64,000 nucleotides of DNA from an uncultured Acidobacteriota bacterium (lineage in GTDB: Bacteria; Acidobacteriota; Terriglobia; UBA7540). The stretch spans positions 1 through 64,000 of the forward strand of contig CAWDSK010000004.1 in NCBI GenBank assembly GCA_963804995.1, written 5' to 3'. The number at the start of each line of letters is the position of its first letter. Positions within the stretch are counted from its first letter, which is position 1. Of this stretch, positions 10,595 to 19,433 are shown piece by piece. Both the position numbers and the translations under genes were made by a program. Below the pieces are notes generated by a model. It did no database searches. It was not told the origin of the DNA and saw nothing but the letters and a program-made list of their open reading frames with translations.

Positions 10595-12249
10595 TTCTTT
10601 TCCTCCTTTGCTCTCGGACCTCGGTGAGACCGTTTCTGAGCACCTGGATTTGGTCCCAGTTCAGCCCGAGAACCTTACGCAATACCAATTCGTCTGCCAT
10701 ATCGATAGCGGAGCTCATGGAATTGGACCTGATAAAATAGTCCATCTCGTCGAATTGAGCCTCGCTGAACTTAAGCAAGTCCGGGCGAACAACTAAAGTG
10801 CGCGCCGCTTCGGAGGGTTCAATCTTTAGCATTCCGCCTCCGAGGGGATGGCCTTCCACTTCGGCACTCAATTGTGAAAGCGAACAGCAAAACGCAAGAG
10901 AGAGCGTTTGGGGCCTGATGCGTTGGAGAGAATTCAGGCGCACCTCGTGAGTTGAATTCGTAGCCAATACTCCCGCCGAATTCCAAACAATCCTGGGAGC
11001 ATCTCCCGACATATAAGTAAGGAACGTGTCCGCAGCCGGGCCATGTGGTACGCTAAACCACGGGTTACGCACCGCACATTTATATGCATTGTGGACTCCG
11101 AGCCCTTTCCCCTTCGCAAGATAATCGAGGATGGGGGCGGGAAGTTCGCTTTCGACAATTTTGGGCAGCGCAAGAAGGTATACCTTTTCCCCTTGGTCCC
11201 GAAGCTCGACCCAGTCTGCGGAAGTAAAACGGACTCCCTTGATGATCCCACTGCGAAGCAGAGACCGTTTTAGATAGAGGGAAGGAATTTCAAGCTGGCG
11301 GGCCTCGTTTCTCGACAAATGAAAGAACTGATTGTTGCCTGTTACGTAACCGATCCCTACCTGGGCTAACTCCCCCAACCGGCAAACTCTCGAATCGGCA
11401 GCCAGGAAATCATAGAGAGCCTTGAGGTCGCGAGGAAGGAAATGGTTCCGCAGTCGGCCGTTTGTATCCTGGAGTTTCGCCAGACCCACGCGCGCCCCAA
11501 ACCCTTTACGGTGTTCCAGAACATTTTCAAAATCGCTAATCCCCTCAAACCTTTTTACCCTGAATTCCCTGCATTCTCCACCGTAGCCGTCCGCTAAGAG
11601 CAACAGCGTATCTTCATTCAACTCTGGAAATAATCTATCGGAAAAGCTTGCCAACTGGATACGCGCGAATTTGCGTGCGAAATACTGAACTACGGGACGA
11701 GCATAGCCCGCATGAGTGAATTCTGCAGGGACTACCATCGCCAATCTGCCACCGGTATCTAGAAACTCGGTTGCGTGAAGCAAGAAAGGAGCCCATGAGC
11801 TGGCAAGCTCCGGCAAGTCAACCCCCATGGCACGCGCCAGCTTCAGGGCCTTCTCCCGCGACGGCCCCTTAAACGTTTGATAACGTATGAAGGGTGGATT
11901 TCCGACTACAGCTTGAAACGGAGAGTGTTCTGAACTACGGACGTTCGAAGAAATCTGAGACTCGTACGTTCTCTTCCGGAATTAGAAACCTACGAAGCAT
12001 TGGGGCGAGTCTCTGGCGGAAGACCTTGGGATCTATTTCAATCCCATGAACCTGCGACGACGGCCGTGCATTTAGAGCGATGATACGGGCGGCTGCCGCT
12101 TCGATGAAAACACCCTCCCCAGACGAAGGGTTGAGCACACGGTCGTGTTGATTGCGCACCGCCCAGCCGACCAGCAGCTCGGCCACTTTGGTGGAAGTGT
12201 AGTAGGCACCGAACTCTTTCTGCTCTACTTGCGTGGCCATTTGCTCCAT
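10572..12249 (-). CDS. N6-adenine DNA methyltransferase (gamma class, TaqI/Eco57I-like), split by a +1 frameshift at about 11944
   Basis: GAYYT and motif I (VLNPSSGEGVF) lie in ORF 11935-12249. Motif IV (VVGNPPFIRYQ) continues in the frame of ORF 10572-11828. Removing one base at 11944-11945 fuses them. Confidence 0.85.
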
Positions 12250-12420
12250 TGTACATCGCGGCTCGTAATACGCAAATGAAGCAGCCCAAGGTGTCGCCGC
12301 GGCAACCCCTACCCATCAACCCAAGTTTCATCCAATACCTTCCTCCTATTCTGCTTTAGCGTGTGATAAAATTGCAACATGGTGGCATTAATTGGGTGCA
12401 CGACGAAGGAGTGAGCGGGC

Positions 12421-13833
12421 TCACGCCCCCACCCTGTGCGCCCGGCGTTCCCAGAAGTCTTCGAAGCGACCGCTGAGTTTGTAACACCGCAGAGCGATGA
12501 TGGCATTGGAGCCGCGCACGGTCCAATGCATGCCCGAACGTTTTAGGCGCGACCCCACGACGACCCTGCAACCCGCCTCCAGAACCCCTGAGGAAGTACA
12601 CAGGTGCTGGGCATGAAATTCCGCGTAGCGCATGCGGTGCCGGTTGCGCTGCAAGTACTGAAGGCAGTTGCGGGCTTCCGGTGAGCGGGCCGCATGGCGG
12701 GCCAGCGCCGTTGTCAGACTCCGCCAACGCCCGCCATCCAATTCTTGGTGCCGACGTTGCGCCCAGCGATGGGATGCCTCCGCTTGCCCATAGAGGGCCT
12801 TGGCCACTTGGCTCAAATGCTCCTTCACGTGGTAACGATCCACGATTTGCAGGGCTTGCGGGAACACCTCCGCGGCGATGTTCCAGATCCAGGGAGCCCC
12901 GTCGCCGATCACCACTTGGCGAGAGGCTTGCCCGAAGTCTCGACGCTTCGCCTCACGCTCGACGCGCTGGGTAAATGCTGCGATCTGGGAGTCGGTGTCG
13001 CGGCAGGCCGCCGTCTCGATGGCCGCCGAGTAGCTGACCGAGCCAGCATCACGCCGGGGCCGGCCTTCGGCATCGCGCGCTTCCGCGCTCCAGATGGCGC
13101 AGACCTTGACCTCGCGGGTTTGGGCGGAGCCATCCGGCTGCTTGCCCGCTCGCCCCGTGAGTTCCTCCTTGCGCATGGGAATGCCGGTACCATCCAGGCC
13201 GAGATAGAGGGTGGGCGGCAAGGGTCCTTCCCTCACCGCCTCCACCGGTTGGCGTTCATCCTCGGCGACTTCCGCTCCCAGCGCCTCCGCCGTACGCTCC
13301 ACCTGCTTGGCACTTACTTCCACGCCCGCCAATTCCCCGAGGAGTTCACGCCCTTCTTGAAAGCTCACCAAGGCTCCCACCGTGCCCACCATGCGTGTCA
13401 CCGCCGGGGACAGAGAAGTGTCCTCCATTCCCCACTGCTGGTCACGAGGACAGAACCCGCGCTGGCAGGCAGCACAATAATAGTAGGCGCGCTCCAGCCG
13501 TAATTCGCCCAGCACGGTCTGGAAAGGCTTGGCCCGCCGGTCTACATAGCGCGCGGGCTGACCGCAGGAACACGGCCGACGGGCTCCGGTAAAGTCGGAG
13601 TGGTCGGCATTCAGCCGCTGCTCCACCACCCGCGCGGCGAAGCGCAAAGCCTGACGGCGTACGGCCGTTTCCACCGCCTCGAAGTCCAGAGCCGCCGTGG
13701 CTTCCCGACCCACCAGGCGCTCAATCTCAGCGGTGAGGTCGTGCGCCAGAGCCTCGCCGAGTGCGGTTTTTTTTAACCTCGGCTTGCCCTTCTTCCTCCC
13801 GGGCTTCCAGCTGGGCATCCGCCCATTGCTCAC
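12421..13833 (-). CDS. ISKra4-family DDE transposase
   Basis: LDGTG, VIGDGAPWIW, IVDRYH and SGVLEAGC..VVGSRLKRSGMHW motifs. True start uncertain, possibly fused to the upstream ORF at the A8 run. Confidence 0.9.
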   Translation of the reverse strand: MSNGRMPSWKPGRKKGKPRLKKTALGEALAHDLTAEIERLVGREATAALDFEAVETAVRRQALRFAARVVEQRLNADHSDFTGARRPCSCGQPARYVDRRAKPFQTVLGELRLERAYYYCAACQRGFCPRDQQWGMEDTSLSPAVTRMVGTVGALVSFQEGRELLGELAGVEVSAKQVERTAEALGAEVAEDERQPVEAVREGPLPPTLYLGLDGTGIPMRKEELTGRAGKQPDGSAQTREVKVCAIWSAEARDAEGRPRRDAGSVSYSAAIETAACRDTDSQIAAFTQRVEREAKRRDFGQASRQVVIGDGAPWIWNIAAEVFPQALQIVDRYHVKEHLSQVAKALYGQAEASHRWAQRRHQELDGGRWRSLTTALARHAARSPEARNCLQYLQRNRHRMRYAEFHAQHLCTSSGVLEAGCRVVVGSRLKRSGMHWTVRGSNAIIALRCYKLSGRFEDFWERRAHRVGA

Positions 13834-14128
13834 AGGCAGCCCAGTAAGCCTCCACCTGACGCCGAAACTGCTGGCCCGTCTCGATCTGCTCTCGCGCCCG
13901 CTGCGCTTCCTCGGGGTTCAAGAAGCGGGAGCGGGTCTGCCCTCCCACCGCCCGCGTCAGACTGTAATAAGGGCCGTGCCGCGCCTTGGCATCCTCCGCG
14001 CAACCACAACCCGGCTTGCCGCATTTCACATAACGCTCCGATAGGGAGCCGCGCCGCATGGGCTGGGACTGACCCAACCGAGCGGCAAGCTCACGGACCG
14101 GACCAGGAACTTCAAAAGACTGAGCCAT
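13727..14128 (-). CDS. DUF6788-like accessory ORF of the IS
   Basis: RGSLSERYVKCGKPGCGC...HGPYY motif. Overlaps the transposase at an A8 run (13767-13774). Confidence 0.8.
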   Translation of the reverse strand: MAQSFEVPGPVRELAARLGQSQPMRRGSLSERYVKCGKPGCGCAEDAKARHGPYYSLTRAVGGQTRSRFLNPEEAQRAREQIETGQQFRRQVEAYWAACEQWADAQLEAREEEGQAEVKKNRTRRGSGARPHR

Positions 14129-15220
14129 GGTTCCTCCTTACGGCTATTATAGCCGTAAGAGAGAACTTATTTCAACCCCACTTTCCCAGAATTTCATTTC
14201 CCAGGCGTGCACCCGCATTAATTTCTTCTGCAATCCACCTGCTTCTTCGCGCGCTTTCCCTCGAAATCACTACGTTCTCCACTTCTGTTTTGGCCCTCGG
14301 TGTCGGTCTTATCGTTACGATGAACGCGCTGGCCCGCACATACCGCCGAGGGGGATGGATTGGAGTGAAAGCAGACCTGCGCCAAGACACATGGAAAGGG
14401 GCTGCGCTCACCGTAAAGATCTGGCTGCTACTATTCTTGTACTTTCTGGGTGCAACGATAGAACAAGACCACAGAGACCTTGTTAAACGCGTGACAGGTT
14501 TGAAGAATCAGGTGGAGCAAGACAAACTTCAGGACGCCACTAAGTTGTCTGAAGAAACTAGAAAACTTCAGGCTGTTATAAACGATTTGAAAACTCAATG
14601 TGCTGTCGACGAAGGCATAAGTCAAACTCTGCAGAAGCAGAATAGGGATCAACAGAGTACGATCAACGGATGCCTAGCACAGGCCATGAAATTTCTCACG
14701 CCGGAACCGCTGAAAACAACTCCCTTGGTTCTAGACAATGACACAACAAACCAAGCAGATAAGAAAATCCGCTGGTTATTGCTCGTCAACAAAACGGTCA
14801 CCCCCGTAAGAATCCTTGTCCCCTGTAACAGACCGTTAGGAAATCAGGCATCGGTATGGATTCTTGGTACTGGTGTAATGGGTGGAGGCGCTGCAAAGGT
14901 TAGTCCTAACGCACTTGAAGTTGACATCTCTACTCCTGCCTGGTCGCCAATTTCGCCTATGGTCATTTCTATGTCATATCGAGGCGACAACGACATTTCA
15001 TGTTCGTTCATCCTTAGATAGACAGGAGGTCCCGTGTGCGGTTTGCCGACCGTGAGCATTTGTCATGCCCGATACAACAGCCGCAACCGCACGTCGTCAA
15101 TCTGGATGGGGCATGCCGCTACCCTCGCCTTGTGCAAAGCAGAATTGTTGAAGCTCGACAATCGCCAATCCTCGGACATCCTCAGGCCCGTCAGGGCCGA
15201 CAGATTGTGGCCGACGGCTA

Positions 15221-15360
15221 AAGAAGCTGTGAAAGATAAACTCGCGCAGAGCCGCTGAGGCGCAGAGATTTCAAGCAAATAACTAATTTGTTTTCTTTGC
15301 GGCCTCTGCGTCTCTGCGCGAAATGCTTTTGCTCGTTCAGGGATTTCTTCACAGCTTCTT
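15221..15360. mobile_element. MITE-like element (140 bp)
   Basis: 13-bp terminal IR AAGAAGCTGTGAA / TTCACAGCTTCTT enclosing the hairpin cgcgcagag...ctctgcgcg. Confidence 0.6.
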
Positions 15361-15950
15361 ACGCAGTGGGCTACGATCTTTCGCCCGCCTTTGCGGGCTT
15401 TCGTTCCAAGCCAGCGTAGCGTGGTCCGGTTTTGAAGCCCCGCCGAGTGTGTCGTGGGGGTCGAGCGCCCTGCGCCCCAGAGCCGGCTTTTAGGCCGGGG
15501 CGGCGCTCGCCGCCCTGTGTCGTAGGGGCCAGCGGCGCTGGCCCGGGCCGAACGGTTGTCCGCCATGAAGATTGGCGGACTTTCAGCCGCGGCGACCCCT
15601 ACAGAATACGGGCGGTTCGCGACCTGTCCCGATCTTATCGCCCCTACCGGCGGGCAGAACCCGCTTTGGAGTGCGGCCGTGAAGCTGCCGCTTTCCTCCC
15701 CCCCGAGCTGGCTTGCCCTGCACGCCCAATTCACTTCGAGCCTGCTCGCGGCATCTTCGCCGTGAGCCCAATCAGGCCACGGCACGGCCAGCAAGCTGGC
15801 CTAACCGAAAGCGGCAGTCCGCCGCGGCGGACCGCACTCCGAAACTTCGCAGGCCTGCCTCTAACCCATCCCGATCCTGCCGGAATCCGCACAAAGCGCT
15901 CGCGGCCTACCGCTTTCTGCCTACTGCCTTCAGCTCTGCCGACCCTGCCC
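15361..15950. repeat. Mixed REP-like cluster
   Basis: GTAGGGGC/CCCCTAC palindromes, a TGGAGTGCGGC..GCCGCTTT pair and CTGCCTA-type heptamers. No convincing CDS. Confidence 0.65.
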
Positions 15951-15960
15951 CGCCGTGACA

Positions 15961-16004
15961 CACTACCCCACTTCGGTTATCGGTGGGTTGGTAACCGAAC
16001 ATGA
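15961..16004 (-). promoter_or_regulatory. sigma28-like promoter cassette, dispersed copy
   Basis: Minus strand TCATGTTC-N12-ACCGATAA-CCGAAGTGGGGTAGTG. Confidence 0.5.
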
Positions 16005-16138
16005 GCCCCAAAATCGCCTCAGGATCGATAATCTCCCGAGGTAAAATTCAGTGGCTAGTGACGAGTGACGGGTGGCGGGAAGAGTGCTGCGGCGCCGGCC
16101 AATCCAAAATCGGAAATCGAAAATCTAAAATTCCCGGG

Positions 16139-16796
16139 CTACCCTCGGACGGTGATGCGCCGCAGGGACAAGACCACTTCACCCTTGGTGGGAACTCCGA
16201 AGGTGGTGGCCGGATGGAAAGAGCTGAAGTAGATCATTCGATCGAGATTCTGCATCACCTCGGGCGAATTCTCGCCTGACAGGACGCGGTAACTTGTAAC
16301 GCGTCCTTCCGCGTCGACCTCGGTGACCACTACCAGGGGATTATCGCCGGTGACGAAATCCATGGGCGCAAGCTCCCGCACCCGAGGGGGCGTGACGATG
16401 GTCAAGGGAACGTCGGGAAGGTCGGTGACGCGAACCACCTCCGACCCCATAATCAGGCAGAAACTGATGACCGCCGTCAGGAGGCCCTCCCGTGGCGGGA
16501 ATTAACAGCGGCTTGAGCACGTTTTCGAGGCGCACCCAGAGCTGGGAGAAGGGGCTGGGGCTGGGTTGAAACTGGTGAGACATCCGCACCCGCAAACGCA
16601 AGGCCAGCTCGGAGGGAACCCGCCGCCGCGGCAAAGCTCGTAAGTCTTCATGGAGCGACCGCCATCCCTCCAACTCCTGCCGGCACGACTGGCAGTAAAC
16701 CAGGTGGAAGCGAATGGATTTCAGCGTTTCGGAAGTGCACAGGTCGTCCACGTAATCCGAGAAATGGTTTCGAATTTCCACACAGCTTTCAAACAT
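16139..16796 (-). CDS. zf-HC2 anti-sigma factor with TM helix and TonB-C-like C-terminus, +1 frameshift at about 16486
   Basis: HLVYCQSC (HxxxCxxC) directly after the ECF sigma gene. Removing one base of the CCC at 16485-16487 restores LLIPATGGLLTAVISFCLIMGS and joins ORF 16139-16450. Confidence 0.8.
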
Positions 16797-16797
16797 T

Positions 16798-17427
16798 TTA
16801 CTTGCCCACATAGCCCGCCAACTTGCGGCGGAGCAGTTCCCGTCCCCGCAAAAGCCGGGACTTCACTGTACCCTCAGCCAAACCCAGCACCTGCGCGATT
16901 TCTTCGTAAGCCAGCCCTTCCATCTCGCGCAGAACAACGACGGTTCGATAAGGCGGTGCCAGGCTCGCGAGAGCCCGCTTGACCACTTCTTCCCGTTCGG
17001 CCTGCTCCAAAACCTCGTAGGGGTTGCGGTCCCCTGCGGCGGCCTTCTGGGCCACAGCGGTCGAACGAGAATCCGTGTCATCCATCGAAATCGGTTCGCG
17101 CCAGTGGCGCCTGATCCAGCTCCGGCGATGGTTCGACGCCTCGTGCACGGCAATCCGGTAAATCCAGGTCTTCAGGCTGCTTTCGCCGTGAAAGTTGCTG
17201 ATTCCCTTGAAGACCTTGACGAAGACCTCTTGCAGAACGTCGGGGGCGTCGGCGGCGTTATCGAGAATGTGCAAAACCAGGTTGAAAACCGGGTGCTGAT
17301 AAACGTCCAGGAGATAAGCAAACGCTTCTTGAGATCCCGCCCGTAACTCGACAACAAAAGCGGCTTCCTCGCTGAATGCCGGGAGCGTGCGCTCGAGCGT
17401 TAGTTCTACGGACCGGGCGGTACCCAT
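16798..17427 (-). CDS. ECF RNA polymerase sigma factor (RpoE/sigma24-like)
   Basis: DVLQEVFVKVF, FHGESSLKTWIYRIA and LAYEEIAQVLGLAEGTVKSRLLRGR. Confidence 0.95.
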   Translation of the reverse strand: MGTARSVELTLERTLPAFSEEAAFVVELRAGSQEAFAYLLDVYQHPVFNLVLHILDNAADAPDVLQEVFVKVFKGISNFHGESSLKTWIYRIAVHEASNHRRSWIRRHWREPISMDDTDSRSTAVAQKAAAGDRNPYEVLEQAEREEVVKRALASLAPPYRTVVVLREMEGLAYEEIAQVLGLAEGTVKSRLLRGRELLRRKLAGYVGK

Positions 17428-17498
17428 GACGCCCTCACGATAGCAGTTCCGTTACCGAACTTCAATACCGCGTCCGTTCGCTTGCTTTCCTTCTGCAC

Positions 17499-17532
17499 TT
17501 AGATTGACACCGGCGGGGAAAGGTTTGTTCCA
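17499..17532 (-). promoter_or_regulatory. Candidate ECF autoregulatory promoter
   Basis: Minus strand (GGAAC)AAACCTT-N16-TCTAA, about 70 nt upstream of the sigma start. Confidence 0.4.
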
Positions 17533-17848
17533 AAAACTGGTGGGACGGGAGGGCGAACCTTTGTCCGTCCGTAAGACATTATGGCCGAATAAGTTAGCTG
17601 ATATTTTGTCATTGGCGCGTCCCAGGAGTTGCTTTCCCAGCGCTGTAGCGCGCGAGGTCCCACCAAAAGACCAGGGTATGGGACGGCAATCACACGTGTC
17701 GCATTTTCCCAAAGCGGCAGGAGGCGCAGGCCCATTCGAAATGTTCCAAAGCGTGACGGTCCGGTGTAAACTGCGACTCGCTATTTTCAAACGAAGCCCG
17801 ACGGTTTAATCCAACCGTGCGGAATTGCTGGATGCACAAGGAGCAAGC

Positions 17849-19207
17849 ATGCAGAAACAACTGATGCAAGGTTTCGTGGCACTCGCGTTGTTGATTATTC
17901 CGGTGAGCCTTATTCAATCGCAAACACCAGCGCACTCAAAAGCAAATCCCAGTGGCGCTCCACGCGTTGCTACGGCGGCCGGCGCTATGACAACTCCTGA
18001 GGAAGTGGGCCTCTCATCCGAACGCCTGGAGCGCATTGGAAACGCCATCCGGCACAGTATCCATGAGGGGCGCATCGCGGGTGGCGTCAGCCTGGTGGCA
18101 CGGCATGGCGAGATCGCTTACTTCAAAGCGCTGGGCATGGCCGATCGTGAGTCGAAGAAGCCCATGCAAAAGGATGCCATCTTCCGCATCTGCTCGATGT
18201 CGAAACCTATCACCAGCGTTGCGGTGATGATCCTTTACGAAGAAGGTCGCTTCACGCTGAGCGATCCAGTCTCTCTCTACCTTCCGGAATTCAAGCACAT
18301 GAAAGTTCTGGATCCGCCCTGGCCGCAGGACAAGACTTCCCCGCCGGGAGCACTGGTTGACGCCAAGCGCCCCATCACAATTTTCAATCTGCTGACACAC
18401 ACCTCGGGACTCACCTATCAGTGGAATACGCGCCTGGGCAAAGCCTATCGCGACGCGGGAATCGCCGCGGGACTCGCGTCGCAGGAAGGCACGATCGGCG
18501 ATGGCGTGAAGAAGCTGGCCGCGATGCCTCTGCTCTTTCAACCCGGTGATGCGTGGGAATACAGCTTGGCGGACGATGTGCTCGGCCGCTTGGTGGAAGT
18601 TGTCTCTGGAATGCCATTCGACCAGTTCCTCGCAGAGCGCATTTTCAAACCTTTGGGGATGAAAGATTCGGGGTTTTTCCTGCCGGAGGAGAAAATCCCA
18701 CGGCTCGCCACGGCTTACACGTATTACCCGGACAAGGGGCTGAATCCGATCCTTGCGGGACAGGTCATCACGGAAGACAGCGGATTCTCATACACCGCGG
18801 ATTATCCCGCGCGCGCGCCGCGAACCTATTTCTCCGGAGGCGGCGGCCTGACCTCCACGACCGAAGATTACTACCGCTTTTGCCAGATGATGCTGAACGG
18901 AGGCGAGCTGAATGGCGTGCGCATCATCAGCCGGAAGTCCGTGGAGCTGATGAGCCAGAATCACGTTCAGGGCAAGCTCGACAATGAAGGCTACGGCCTG
19001 GGATTCGGCGATGTCAACACGCCCCAGCAACTAACCGAACTCGGCTCAGTAGGCTCCTATTATTGGGGTGGCTTCTATTTCACCTCATTCATGATCGACC
19101 CCAAGGAAGACATGATCGTCGTCTTCATGGCGCAACTCCACCCCACCGGAGACACCAATCTCGAAACTAAAGCCATCCGGTTGGCGTACCAGGCCATTAA
19201 GGATTGA
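17849..19207 (+). CDS. Serine hydrolase, beta-lactamase-related family, secreted
   Basis: FRICSMSKP (SxxK), LLTHTSG, PLLFQPG..WEYS and SGGGGL motifs, plus a signal peptide. Confidence 0.9.
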   Translation: MQKQLMQGFVALALLIIPVSLIQSQTPAHSKANPSGAPRVATAAGAMTTPEEVGLSSERLERIGNAIRHSIHEGRIAGGVSLVARHGEIAYFKALGMADRESKKPMQKDAIFRICSMSKPITSVAVMILYEEGRFTLSDPVSLYLPEFKHMKVLDPPWPQDKTSPPGALVDAKRPITIFNLLTHTSGLTYQWNTRLGKAYRDAGIAAGLASQEGTIGDGVKKLAAMPLLFQPGDAWEYSLADDVLGRLVEVVSGMPFDQFLAERIFKPLGMKDSGFFLPEEKIPRLATAYTYYPDKGLNPILAGQVITEDSGFSYTADYPARAPRTYFSGGGGLTSTTEDYYRFCQMMLNGGELNGVRIISRKSVELMSQNHVQGKLDNEGYGLGFGDVNTPQQLTELGSVGSYYWGGFYFTSFMIDPKEDMIVVFMAQLHPTGDTNLETKAIRLAYQAIKD

Positions 19208-19433
19208 GTGGTTGCACGAGTCGCTGGGAGTGGAGATAATGGGGAAAACGGATTCGGCTTGGTAGGTTATAATTAAGGTAGTCAGACGGGTAAAACGGAA
19301 AAGCTTATTCAGGGAAGCACCTGACAGGCGCAGGTGCTTGGGGGACGTTTCTGGCGGGTTGCCAAGTCAAAGACAAACTTAATCCGAATCCATCGCGTGC
19401 GTCTCAGGCGCGTTCTGGGAGGGTCACGGAACA

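Larger units (their letters stand above)
12394..14214 (-). mobile_element. Complete ISKra4-family insertion sequence (1821 bp)
   Basis: Terminal IRs GGGTGCACG / CGTGCACCC. Perfect 9-bp target duplication GCATTAATT at 12385-12393 and 14215-14223. Confidence 0.92.
12379..15021 (+). pseudogene. Membrane-anchored hypothetical protein interrupted after codon 5 by ISKra4
   Basis: Removing the IS and one TSD gives ATG GTG GCA TTA ATT TCT TCT GCA ATC... (MVALISSAIHLLLRALSLE...), in frame with ORF 14290-15021 (TM segments plus coiled coil). Confidence 0.75.

Noticed and set aside
15063..15220. TGLRMSE tyrosine-integrase-like motif
   Set aside because: Isolated 7-residue match with no other integrase motifs.
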